Source: Mobula hypostoma (taxonomy: Eukaryota). From it: DNA of 64,000 nucleotides. The first letter of the stretch is position 1. Every line of letters starts with the position of its first letter. Position numbers and translations under genes: made by a program. The DNA lies in the NCBI RefSeq assembly GCF_963921235.1, contig NC_086109.1, positions 32,366,001-32,430,000 of the forward strand. Reading direction: 5' to 3'. Below, piece by piece: positions 12,388 through 24,469 of the stretch. Under the pieces are notes generated by a model. That model had not been told where the DNA came from. It worked only from the letters and a program-made list of their open reading frames with translations, and made no database searches.

Positions 12388-14903
12388 CTGAAACAAAATG
12401 AATAGTATGTATTATTACAAGTATTTTTATAACAGACATTTAATTATATTTTCATTTATTTATAATGGGTTCTTTAGGTGAGAAATGATCATCGTAAAAT
12501 AAGACCACAGAACCAAAGTATTAAAACAGGCATGATGAAAGCATACTTTGAAACAATCAGAGTACGGTGCTTTGATACATCAATATACTCTTTGCACAGC
12601 AGCAGGAGACAATTTTGTAATTCCATTCAGATACATTGTGAACTCCCCGCTTGTTCAATCTTTTGGAAGATAGAAGAAAGTGAAGAGTAACTACACCTCC
12701 ACTGCAGTTACATTGTTTTTGCTCTTCTCTAGGGTTGCAGTGACAAGAATCTTTAAGCTTTTTTATATTCTCCTTTTGTCAGGAATAGATATCATAGAAA
12801 CATCTGATTTGGAGGGTGGATGGCATGGGCATCATTCAATTCCTCAACAAGAATGGAAATTCAATATTTAACAGACTACTTGGAGAGGACTGTAATCCAT
12901 AAGCCTCACTGTAGACATCATAATATAAATTTCTTCCCATAGCTCTTCCTGGATCAAAACCAACTTTTATGAAAATGTGACATTTTTCTTAATTCATATA
13001 CTCAAAAACAACATAAGATGTTGCAGAGCATGTTCAAAAAAGTCCAAAGTTTTTTTCCGAGATGCTTAGTTCCTTCCTGTTTCTGTAAAGCCTATTAAAC
13101 AATTCATAACAAGGGAAAAATGAGAATTTTTTAATATATCAATAAGCAGAATGGTTCGCTGTTTAACTAACTTTTATTGTTATTAACAGCTTGATTCCCA
13201 CTAGAAATCAACATATCAAGATCACAAATAGAATGTACTTTGTCATGTTTGGGGGTTCAAAGACTGTCATTGCCTGGCAAATTAATTATCCAGGCTTTGC
13301 ATTTGTAAGATGACATAACTACTCACATTCCCAGTCACTTTCACGTAATACACTGCAGAAATCCTGAAGTCTCTGTCAGTAATTTAGTTCTTCTCCAAAA
13401 ACTGTTTTGCACCATTTCTTAATACAATCAGTTGTATTGATTAGAACACAAGATGCTTAAAAATCCCTCTCTCTGCAAAATACCCTGAAAATGTTTCACT
13501 TTGTGGTAGTGCTGAGAGTTTTTAAATGGTGAAACAAGCCTACATAGCAAATTTCACAGCCCTTGAAAAATTATTTAAGTGCATTGATAATTCAAAAAAT
13601 AAGGGATTTTAAAATCGTTTTCCTGTTTTTTTAAAAAAAGTTTATTCTTGGAATGTTGCCCTGACCTTATTATATATTACAGTAAAAGTTTAACATTAAC
13701 TAAAAACTGGGCATTTTCTGTAAGATTTTTTCATGTACTTCCCCATCAGTTTGATGACATCACCACTACCAATGACAGCATTGGCTGCAAAATTCAGACT
13801 GATCTTTCAGTGTGCAGTTGTGCAGTTTTATTGGGACAATTCCTACTCATAAACAGAACTGCTGCAAATCTACAGGACAGAAATATTATAACAGATACTT
13901 CTCAGACACTATGTTTCCTGGTGTCTTAATAAACTGAAACGCTAGAGAAATGTTTAATTTAGTTATTCTGACAAAAGGAGAATTCAGTTAACACAATATT
14001 CAGTCCAATGTTGAAATCTGGCATTTCCAGACTATTATATGTTACTTCTATTAATATCCAAAAACATATTTATTTCACATTTGTAACCTGCTATACAGTA
14101 GTATAATACATTTTCCCGTAAATCCAGTGAGTTTACAAGTACACTGGGTTACAGGTATGATTGCAATGCAGAGACCTTAGACCCCCACTTCCAACTATCC
14201 TGCTGGTTAATGTACAGTGCCTGGAAAATAAAATTTAAGATCTCAGAGCAAGATTGCAGTGCCAGATGGACATCAGGAATTGCTATATACTTTGCTTCAC
14301 AGAAATATGGCTCACCCCCACCATTTCAGTTACAGCGCTGCAGCCCGCGGGTTTCACCATACACTGTAAAGACAGAACTGCTGGGACTTTTAAAAGGTAG
14401 ATGAGGTGGAGAATGCTTTATCGTTAACACATCATGCTGCACAGACGTAGTGATTCTGTCCCAATCCTGCTCATCTGACCTTGAGCATCTAATGATCCAT
14501 TTGATCTGCTGAGAGCGTTTTCCATCCTGGTAGTGGTGTACATTCCACCTCTGGCCAACGTCAGGCAAGCACTGGAGGAGCTGAGCACCACGATCAGCAG
14601 TCACGAAACAGCACACCCGGATGCCTTCAAGATCATTGTGGGGGATTACAACCAGGCCAGTTTGAATAACTTTCTGAACAACTACCACCAACATATCACC
14701 TGCGGAACCAGAGGAGCCAACACACGAACACTGTTTTACCACTAACGAGAATGCTTACAATGCCATCCCATGTGCACATGTTAGAAAGTCCAATCACCTG
14801 GTTGTTCTTCAATTCCTGGTGTTAAAGCAGAGACTAAAGAACACAGCAGCAGTGGTGAGGCCAAGAGGGTACAGTCAAGGGAGGCAGACAAGCCCTTAAC
14901 AAG

Positions 14904-15113
14904 CAACACACATCAAAGTTGCTGGTGAACGCAGCAGGCCAGGCAGCATCTGTAGGAAGAGGTGCAGTTGACGTTTCAGGCCGAGACCCTTCGTCAGGAC
15001 TAACTGAAGGAAGAGTGAGTAAGGGATTTGAAAGTTGGAGGGGGAGGGGGAGATCCAAAATGATAGGAGAAGACAGGAGGGGGAGGGATAGAGCCGAGAG
15101 CTGGACAGGTGAT
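14904..15113 (-). mobile_element. Penelope-type terminal-repeat fragment with hammerhead motif and 13-bp target duplication
   Basis: AGCCCTTAACAAG at 14891-14903 and 15114-15126; near-identical to the copies at 32653 and 42659. Confidence 0.75.
14965..15002 (-). ncRNA. Minimal hammerhead motif (helix I mismatch)
   Basis: Minus strand TAGTC-CTGACGA-AGGGTCTCGGCCT-GAAAC-GTC-AACTG. Confidence 0.5.
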
Positions 15114-17028
15114 AGCCCTTAACAAGACTGCTTTGAGTCAGTGGACAGGATAATATTCTGGGATTCATCTTCAAACCTGAATGAATGCACCACAGTTGTC
15201 ACCAACATTATCAGGGTTTGTATGGATGAGTGTGTGCCTTCAGGAACATACCGGACATACCAAAACCCATGCACAAATTAGGAAATTTGCAGTCTGCTGA
15301 GGACTACATCTGTGGCAATCAAGACTGGTGATCCATAACTATACAAGTAGTCCAGGTACAACATACATAAGGTTATTTTAAGAGTGAAAAAACATTCCCT
15401 ATTGAAATCAGAGACGGAATTGGATGCACGTCATCTTTGGCAGTGTTTGCAAGCCATTACTTCCTACAAGGCAAAACTATCATAAGTGATGCTTCACTCC
15501 CAGAAGAGCTCAACTACTGTTACGCGTGCTTAGAGAGGGAGAGTAAAACCACACCTGTGCAAATCACTGCAGCATCTAGTGAACATGTCATCTCTATCTC
15601 GGTGGCTGACATCAGGTCATTTTGCAAGGTGTCAATGGTGTACCCGGTGGGGCTCTGAAAACCTGTGCCAACTTACCGATGGGAGTGTTCAAGGACATCT
15701 TCAATCTCTCACTGCTACAGTCAGAGCTTCCCACCTGCTTCAAAATGGTGACAATCATACCAGTGCCCAGGAAAAGCAGGGTGAGCTGCTTTAATGACTA
15801 TCACCCAGTTGCACTCACATCTACTGTGATGAAGTGCTTTGAGGGGTTGATCGTGGTCAGAATTAACTCCTGTCTAATCATGGACCTGGACACACTGCAA
15901 TCTGCTTACCACCACAATATGTCTACAGCAGATGCAGCCTCACTGGCTCTGCACTCTGCCTTGGATCAGCTGGACAATAGTAACACTTACGTCAGGCTGT
16001 TGGTTTTGATAACAGCTCAGCATTCAACACAATCATACCCTCGGTTCTAATCAATAAGCTTCAAAACCTGGGCTTCTGCACCTCCCTCGGCAACTGGATC
16101 CTTGACTTCCTCGTATGGAGACCACAGTCTGCGTGGATTGGAAGTAACGCCTCCTCCTTGCTGTCAATCAACACTGGCGCATCTGAAGGATGTGGGCTTA
16201 GCCTACTGCTCTAGTCTGTACACCCTTGACTGTGTGGATAGGCAGAGCTCAAATGCCATCTATAATTTGCCTACAACACAACTATTGTTGGCAGAATTTC
16301 AGATGGTGATGAGGGGGTGTACAGGAGTGAAACAGGTCAACTGGTTGAGTCTTGTCGTAACAACAGACTTGCACCCAACGTCAGTAAGACCAAGGGACTG
16401 ATTGTGGACTTCAGGAAGAGGAAGTCAAGGGAACACAAACCAGTCCTCATTGAGGGATCAGAAGTAGAAAGGGTGAGCAGTTTCAAGTTCCCGAGTGTCA
16501 ACATCTCTAAGGATCCATCCTGGGCCCAATATATTAATGCAAAGACATAACAGTGGCTATATGTAATTAAGAATTTGAGGAGACTTGGTTTGTCACCAAA
16601 GACTCTCAAATTTCCACAGATGTGTCATGGAGAACATTCTAACTGGTTACATCACTGTCTGGCACAGAGGGGCCACTGCACAGGATCAGAAAAAGCTGAA
16701 GAAGCTTGTAAACTTAGCCTGTTCCCATCACAGGCACTAGCCTCCTCAGCATCGACACCTTCAAAAGGCGGTGCCTCATAAAGGCAGTAGCCTTCATTAA
16801 AGACCCCCCTTGCCGATGACATGCCCTCTCCTCATTGCTATCATCAAGGCGATGGTACAGGAGCCTGAAGACACACACTCAACATCTCAGAAACAGCTTC
16901 TTCCCCTCTGCCATCAGATTTCTGAATGGACAATGAACCCATGACCACCACCTCACTTTTTCTTTGCTCTTTTTGCACTACTTATTTAATTTAATTTCTA
17001 TATATTTTTATTACAATGTGTAGTTTTT

Positions 17029-20000
17029 AGTCCCGGGGAAGATAGCTTGGAGGAGGCCTTTGAAAGGAAGCTCTCCAAGTACACTGGACTGGTCAGCAAC
17101 TGTCAGCAGGCTGGATGGAGAGCAAGGAGTCTCCCAGTGGAGGTTGGTTGTAGGGGATTCATAGCCCGTTCTTTAGTTAAAGCCTTCAGCATTTTGGGCA
17201 TCAAGGGAGAGAGGAAGAGGAGAGCCATCCGCAGTACTACTGATGTGGCAGAGAGGGCCTCAAGATGGCTGTGGCTCAAAAGGGGGGAGCCATGGAGTCA
17301 TAAGTAGCTAGTCATCTGGACACAAGCTGGGGTCTGATCAGCCCCGGCTGGGTCACCTGGAGGAGGTTGTATGATGTTGAAAGACCCGAAACACCCAGTG
17401 ATTCCAGGAACATCACTGAAGATGTGTTCAGAAGCATCAATAGATGTATGTACACAGCTTACACCCTGAGTTAATCAGTGACAACCAGGAAAGACTGGGT
17501 GCCAAACAGGAAAAGAGTGGTGATGACTGGAGAGACAGTGACAGCCCGGAGAGACGGCAACCAGGGCAGAACGGGCTGGCAACCCAATCTGCGTCCTCTG
17601 AGAGGAGGACCCCCACAAAAGCTACAAAGAATCTAAGGAAAAGATACCCCCGGGGTGCCCGAGAGGGGGGGGAGGATGAGCACCCCAGTCGGATGGACAC
17701 AACGACATCAGACCCAGGTGATGAACAAACGACGATGAGGAAGCAGTGTGCATGTGGCAAAATCTGCAAGAACAATCGCAGCTTGAAGATCCACCAAGCG
17801 AGGATGAAGTGTTTGGCGGGAGCAGGAGCAGCACAACGCGCAGGTGTCCAACCTGGTGAGATGAAGGAGGGGCCAGGCCCAGAGTCACCCCATAGTGCCC
17901 GGAACCTCCAAGTGTTGCAAACTAATCCCTCGAACATGAAGTGTAACAGGAGGCCGATCAAATGGCCTGCAGCTAACATGACTTCACTGTGGAAGCAGTT
18001 TGATGACGATGTTAACCAAATTTTGGAGGCAACGGTGAAGGGAGGGGTTGATAGGAAGCTGCAAGCCATGACAACAATTATTGTTAGTATCGCAGCTGAA
18101 CGGCTCGGAGAAGAGGAGAAGGAAGACTCCAAAACATCTTACTCGAAGAACCAAAGAGCACTGAGGATCCACAACATCAGGCAGGAGATGAAAGCGCTGA
18201 AGTCCCAATACAAGGAGGCAGGAGAAGAGGAGCGCATTGGCTTGGCCCAGCTGATGTGCATACTACGAAAGAAGATCAGGGTCCTCGGCCGGGCAGAGTG
18301 GCATCGGAGGCGGCGTCGTAAAAGGGCCCGAAAACGTGCTGCCTTTATCGCCAACCCCTTCAAGTTCACCAGGGAGTTGCTGGGGGAGAAGCGCAGTGGG
18401 AAACTGGCCTGTTCACAGGAAGACATAGACCAACATCTGAAGAAGATATATAATGATCCTGAAAGAGAACAGGAGTTGGGAGAGTGCGACATCCTAATAG
18501 ACCTACCTGAACCGGATGTGCAGTTCGACATGTCAGAGCTGCAACTAAAGGAAGTCAGAGAGGTCGTCCGCAAAGCAAGGGCAAGCTCGGCTCCAGGACC
18601 AAGCAACACCTCGTACAAAGTGTACAAGAACTGCCCCAAACCCCTGCTGCGTCTGTGGAAGATCCTGAGAATCTTCTGGAGAAGGGGTAAGATCCCAGAG
18701 CAGTGGAGAGTGGCTGAAGGGGTGTGGATCCCGAAGGAGGAAAATGCCACCCAGACAGATCAGTTCCGCATCATCTCCCTGCTGTGTGTCGAGGCGAAGA
18801 TCTTCTTCAGTGCAGTTTCCAACTGGTTGTGCACCTACCTAGCAAAGAACACCTATATTGATACATCAGTCCAGAAGGGTGGCATTTCAGGGATGCCGGG
18901 CTGTCTGGAGCACATCGGTGTGGTGACACAGCTCACCAGGGAGGCCAGAGAGAACAAGGGCAACCTGTCAGTGTTGTGGCTCGACCTGGCAAATGCATAT
19001 GGCTCCATTCCACACAAGCCGGTGCAGCTCACACTGACCAAATGTCACGTCCCCAGCAGAATCAGAGACCTTATCGCTGATTATTACAGCAACTTCAGGA
19101 TGAGGGTCTCTTCAGGAGCAATGACTTCAACCTGGCACAAGGTGGAGATCAGCATCATCACAGGGTGCACTATCTCAGTGACACTGTTCTCCCTAGCCAT
19201 GAACATGCTCACTAAGTCTGCTGAACCAGAGTGCAAAGGGCCCAGAATGAATTCCGCTCAACGGCAACCACCTATCAGGGCATTCATGGATGACCTCACA
19301 GTCACCACAAAATCAGTCCCAGGCTGCCGGAGGATTCTTCAAGGGCTCGAAAAGCTGGTGGAGTGGGCCCGGATGTGTTTCAAACCTGCCAAATCAAGAT
19401 CGATGGTGCTGAGGAAAGGGAAGCTGGAGAACAAGTTCCGGTTCAGCATCGCAGGCACAGCCATCCCAACCATCACAGAAAAGCCAGTCAAGAGCTTAGG
19501 CAAAGTTTTTGACAGCTCTTTAAGGGACACAACATCCATTCTGGCAACCTGCACCGAGTTGGATGGCTGGCTGAAATCTGTGGACAAGTCTGGCCTACCT
19601 GGGAAGTTTAAAGCCTGGGTGTATCAGCATGGCATTCTTCCCACAATCCTGTGGCCCCTCCTCATCTATGCAGTTCCGATCTCGACAGTCGAAACCTTAG
19701 AGAGGAGGGTTAGCAACCACCTCAGGAGACGGCTGGGGCTGCCAAAGAGCCTGAGCAGCATCGCACTCTGTGGACACCACAACAAACTGCAACTGCCCTT
19801 CAAATCCTTGGAGGAAGAATTCAAGGTAACAAGAGCTAGAGAAGTGCTACAGTATAGGGACTCAAGTGACCCAAAGGTGGCTAGAGCAGGGATCCAAGTA
19901 AGTACTGGCAGGAAGTGGAGGGCAGAGGAAGCTGTTCAGGAGGCAGAGGCGAGGCTGCGTCACAGGAGGCTGGTGGGAGTGGTCACGGAAGGGCCGAGCT

Positions 20001-21112
20001 GGGCTAGGATCCTTTCCAACTCCCCAAATGGACACCAGAGGGAAGGAAAGGCGTTGTTTAGTTCAGGAGGAGGTAAGAGCAGTAGTGGAGGAGATGAGAG
20101 CCTACAAGGCGGTGGGAATGAAGCAACAGGGAGCTTGGACAAGATGGGAGAATGCGGTTGAGAGGAAAGTGACCTGGGCTGATCCTTGGAAAGCCGAACT
20201 ACACCGCATCCAATTTCTCATCCAGGCAGTGTACGATGTGCTTCCAAGCCCATCAAACCTGCACACATGGGGCGAGGCAGAGTCATCTGCGTGCCCACTG
20301 TGCTCCAAGCGAGGAACCCTGGAGCACATCCTCAGCGGCTGTGCATGGGCACTTGGTGAGGGACGGTACAGGTGGAGGCATGATCAGGTCCTGAAGACCA
20401 TCGCTGAAGACCATCGCTGAAGCCGTCAGCGCAGGAGTTGAGTGGGCGAAGCGGTCCTGACCCTCCAAGCAGACCATTGCCTTTGTCAGAGCTGGGGAGC
20501 AGCTTATACCTGCCAAAAGAACATCTGCAGGCATTCTGACCTCTGCAAGGGACTGGCAGCTGTTGGTGGACCTCGAAGGGCAGCTGAAGTTCCCCAACCA
20601 TATCGCAGCCACCACCCTGCGACCAGACATTGTCCTAGTGTCTGAGTCTACTAAGCAAGTGGTGCTGCTGGAGCTGATAGTTCCATGGGAAGATAGCTTG
20701 GAGGAGGCCTTTGAAAGGGAGCTCTCCAAGTACGCTGGACTGGTCAGCAACTGTCAGCAGGCTGGATGGAGAGCGAGGTGTCTCCCAGTGGAGGCTGGTT
20801 GTAGGGGATTCATAGCCCGTTCTTTAGTTAGAGCCTTCAGCATTTTGGGCTTCGAGGGAGAGAGGAAGAGGAGAGCCATCCGCAGTACCACCGATGCGGC
20901 AGAGAGGGCCTCAAGATGGCTGTGGCTCAAAAGAGGGGAGCCATGGAGTCATAAGTAGCTAGCCATCTGGACACAAGCTGGGGTCTGATCAGCCTCGGCT
21001 GGGTCACCTGGAGGAGGTTGTATGATGTTGAAAGACCCGAAACACCTGATGATTCCAGGAACATCACTGAAGATGTGTCCAGAAGCATCAGTAGATGGAT
21101 GTACACAGCTTA
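17029..21112 (+). mobile_element. HERO-like RLE non-LTR retrotransposon (R2 group), copy A: ~430-bp 3' fragment followed head-to-tail by an apparently full-length unit
   Basis: ORF 17444-20161 has an N-terminal Zn finger (CACGKIC..H..C) and an RT domain (LDLANAYGSI, GCTIS, AFMDDL). Downstream frames encode a CCHC knuckle (CPLC..H....C), RHD and RPD..ELxVPWE..KY (RLE). No APE domain and no poly(A). Confidence 0.9.
17444..20958 (+). pseudogene. RT-RLE polyprotein of copy A, disrupted
   Basis: +1 frameshift near 19990; 13-bp tandem duplication CTGAAGACCATCG at 20391-20416; premature TGA at 20458-20460; natural stop at 20956-20958. Confidence 0.85.
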
Positions 21113-21972
21113 TTATTATAGATTGCAATGTACAGCTGCTGCAAAACAGCAAATTTCACAACTTATGCCAATGATATTAAATCTGGTTGTGATTCACATT
21201 TAAAGACGCTGATAAATATACAAGCACTCTGGTTCCGGATGGAAATCCACCAACATTCCTTACTCCCATTGTTTCAGAATCCAGCCCAATTTCACTCTAG
21301 ACACTGTGCTCTGACTACAAGACCTAATCTACACTGTGGACCTCCAGCTCACAATCCAGACTATTCAATAAATAAGGTATCGGATCATTAGGATTCCCAA
21401 TTGGATATTGAATTATTGGAGTTTTGTTGTACTATTGCCACAAAAAAAATCTTGATTGTAAAAATATATTTAACGAAAAACATTTTACCATTCTTTCCTG
21501 CTGACAATTGGTGGATCCCCATCAGATTACATCTGTACAGATGGTTGTTTCATTCACCAGTTTCTCCCTCATATTGATGTTGTTCCTACTACTGAACACA
21601 GTACCTGTGCTGTAAATGAGACTTCAGATCACTGCATTTGAATGTTTAGCTTAAGTTTTGAAATGTCCCATGTGAAAGTCATTCAAATCCATTAATTGCT
21701 AGAGGAAAAAATATTAGTTGTTTACATCGTCAGAAGAAAATACTGAAACAGTGCATAGTTAAGTTCAAAGTCAGAACTTTCTTTTGTAAGTCAGAAATTC
21801 TGTGTCACTGTGATAACGTAAACTATTTAGAGGATTCAAAACATACTCTTGCTAGCATATACTTCAGGATTTGAATAAAAAGCTCACATGGAGATGAGAA
21901 ATATAGCATTTTATAATTTTATCATAATATTTCTCAGTATATTTTCCAAAAACTCTACATTTTTGTACTTAC

Positions 21973-22078
21973 GTTAAGGCCTTTTAATATCTGATATAAA
22001 AGGTACTGAATTCTGTCTTCGGTCAGCCTTCCCATGATCTGACTCAAATCTGCATCCATGAATGGCATAACAAGATAA
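21973..22078 (-). CDS. mapk13: p38 MAP kinase exon 4 (106 bp): [35 protein letters not shown]
   Basis: TAG acceptor and GTAAGT donor; phase matches exon 3. The Met gatekeeper (LVMPFM) excludes p38 alpha/beta. The shortened IMG-x segment and IQYL favour MAPK13 over MAPK12. Confidence 0.92.
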
Positions 22079-23414
22079 CTAAAAGTAAAGCATTTTGGGA
22101 TGAGTAAACTAAACCATTACTGCACAGGTTAAATCAAAACATGCAAGTTCTGTTTAATTGTCATTCAGCCAAACACATGCACACAGAGTATTGTTCCTTT
22201 GGGTCCAAGGTGCAAAACACAGTGTAAATAGTCACACAGCATACATAGTTACAATCCAACACCTAGACACAAAATAATATTAGCACTCGTCTCCGAGTGG
22301 CATGGGCTGATGGTTGACAGGTTAATATAAAGTGTGAGGTATATGTTACCAGCACTATTAGAATAAAACAAACAGTTGTACAGATATGAAAAACAGCAGC
22401 AATTAAAGATGAAAAGTGACCAGTGCAGGATGGGAGCGTGTCTGCGAGTTGAGGTTGGGGATATGGGCAGCAGGGCATTCAGACAGGGTGTATATATATG
22501 CTGGGTAGCAGCACTGCACGAATAACTCCAACAGCCTGGGAAAAGAAGCTACCGCTACCCAGCCTGACAGTACTGGTTCTTGTGCTGCAGTACCTTCCGC
22601 CTGGTGGCACAAGGTCAAAGAGACTGTGGGAAGGATGGGAAGGTTCTTTGCAATTCCTAATATTCCAAGGGATGATTAGGGTGGATGTTGCTGTGGAGTT
22701 TTAGTGGGACAACATTTTGTCATGAACCTAAGTGCTGGAAGTCTGTAGGACAAAAAAGCACAATAATTTTAAAAAGTCTCCTTCGTTCCAGTTCTGTGGG
22801 GTTTCAGATGTCAAACACCAGCTTCTTGTGTTTGATCAGAAAGATCAGAATGGTGATCACTGGGAAAGAAATTTGGTAGATCAAACTACTTCTCAATTAA
22901 ATAGTCTTCGAACCTATCAGGTTCCAAACCTGATTCACAGCTTCAAATCAGATCCTATTACACACTGTGAGATGACTCATCTCCTCGTAATTGGCTGGGA
23001 GGGCTCCTCCATTCTTAGTAACGCCTCTGATTAAGATGTGAGTCAGAGTGTCGTACGGCCCTTCGTGCCATCATGTCAATACCACCCACTGTACCCATCT
23101 ACACTAATCCCATCTACCTGCATTCTGTCCATTGATTTCTCCACCTTCACAATGTTTTTAGATACTTATTAAATGCCATGAGTTATCATATGGTAGGAGT
23201 TTGATGAAATTTAGTACATCACCAAATAAACTTGCAATTTTCTATAGATATAGTGTTGAGCATTCTGACCGGTTGCATCCCAGCCTGGTATGGAGGCTGC
23301 AGAGGACTGTAGATTCAGCCAGCTCCATCAAAAGCACAGGGACAGCATCAAGAGGCAGCGTCTAAGAAAGCAGCACCCACTGTCCAGTGTGCGCCCTCTT
23401 CGCGTCACCACCGT

Positions 23415-24362
23415 CAAATTTCAAAGTAAATTTATAATCAAAGTACACATTTGTCACCATGAGATTCATTTTCCTGTAGGCGTGCTCAATAAATCCATAA
23501 CAGAATAATAATAAAAAACAATGAATGACCATAGCAGCTTGGACATTCAACCAGTGTGCAAAAGACAACAAACTGTGCAAATACATAAAGAAATAATAAA
23601 AAATAAGCAATAAATATCAAGAACGTGAGATGAAGGGGCACTGAAGGCAAGTCCATCGGTTGAGGGAACATCTCAATGATGGGGGCGAGTGAAGGTGAGT
23701 GAAGTTACTCCCTTTGGTTCAGGAGCCTTATGGTGGAGGGGTTGTAGCTGTTCCTGAACCTGGTGGTGTGAGTCCTGACACTCCTGTGCGTTCTTCCTGA
23801 TGGCAGCAGTGAGGGGAGAGCATGCCCTGGATGGTGGTAATCCCTGATGATGGATGCTGCTTTACCATGACAACACTTCACGTAGATGTGCTCAGTGGTA
23901 CGGAGGGCTTTAACCAGGACAGACTGGGCCATATTCTCTTCTTTTTGTCAGGTTTTCCTTTCAAGGGCAATGGTGTTTCCATACCAGGCTGTGATGCAAA
24001 TAGTTAATATACTCTCCACTGCACATCTATAGAAGTTTGTCAAAGTTTTACATATCTTGTGGAATTTTCAGAAACTCTTGAGGAAGCAGAGCACCGCTGT
24101 GCTTTCTTCATAATTGCACTTACAAGCTGGGTCCAGGACAGATCCTGTGAAATAATAAAGTTGCTGACCCTCTCCACCTCTGCTCCCCCAATGCGGACTG
24201 GCCCATGGATCTCTGGTTTCCTCCTCAAGTTAATGATCAGTTCCATGGTCTTGCTGACACTGAGTGAGAGGTTGTTGTTGCTGTACCACCCAGCCAGACT
24301 TTCAATCTCACTCCTATATACTGATTTGTCACCACCTTTGATTTGGACTGCAACAGTGTCAT
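23415..24362 (-). mobile_element. Rex/Babar-type LINE 3' portion nested in an opposite-strand Rex-type fragment (~23180-24460)
   Basis: ORFs 24040-24246 and 23705-23932 (VERVSNF, HPGHAL..LLPSGR, TTRFRNSY); tail ending AATCAAAGTACAC/CTTTGAA. Confidence 0.75.
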
Positions 24363-24469
24363 TAGAAAACTTGGAGGAGATACAGGAGCCTGAAGACCCA
24401 TACTCAACAACTCAGGAACAGCTTATTCCCCTTTGTCATCAGATTTCTGAATAGTCCATGAATGGAGAT

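Larger units (their letters stand above)
14150..21195 (+). mobile_element. Rex1/Babar-type LINE (decayed EN-RT), split by a Penelope-type insert and by HERO copy A in its 3' UTR
   Basis: VYIPP endonuclease fragment (14533); RT fragment NDYHPVALTSTVMKCFE (15622-16050); KTKGLIVDFRK. The tail resumes at ~21110 and matches the uninterrupted tail at ~51540-51660. Confidence 0.85.

Noticed and set aside
17461..17700. Possible HDV-like ribozyme at the element's 5' end, as in R2
   Set aside because: Only simple hairpins are visible; I could not build the nested double pseudoknot by eye.
17437..18750. 231-aa and 203-aa antisense ORFs, mirrored at 59437-60624
   Set aside because: Antisense shadows of the GC-rich retrotransposon ORF; their recurrence just reflects copy similarity.
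21020..21072. C/D-box snoRNA-like arrangement (ATGATG..CCGA..ATGATT..CTGA)
   Set aside because: It lies within a transposon 3' UTR present three times and has no identified guide target; treated as part of the UTR structure.
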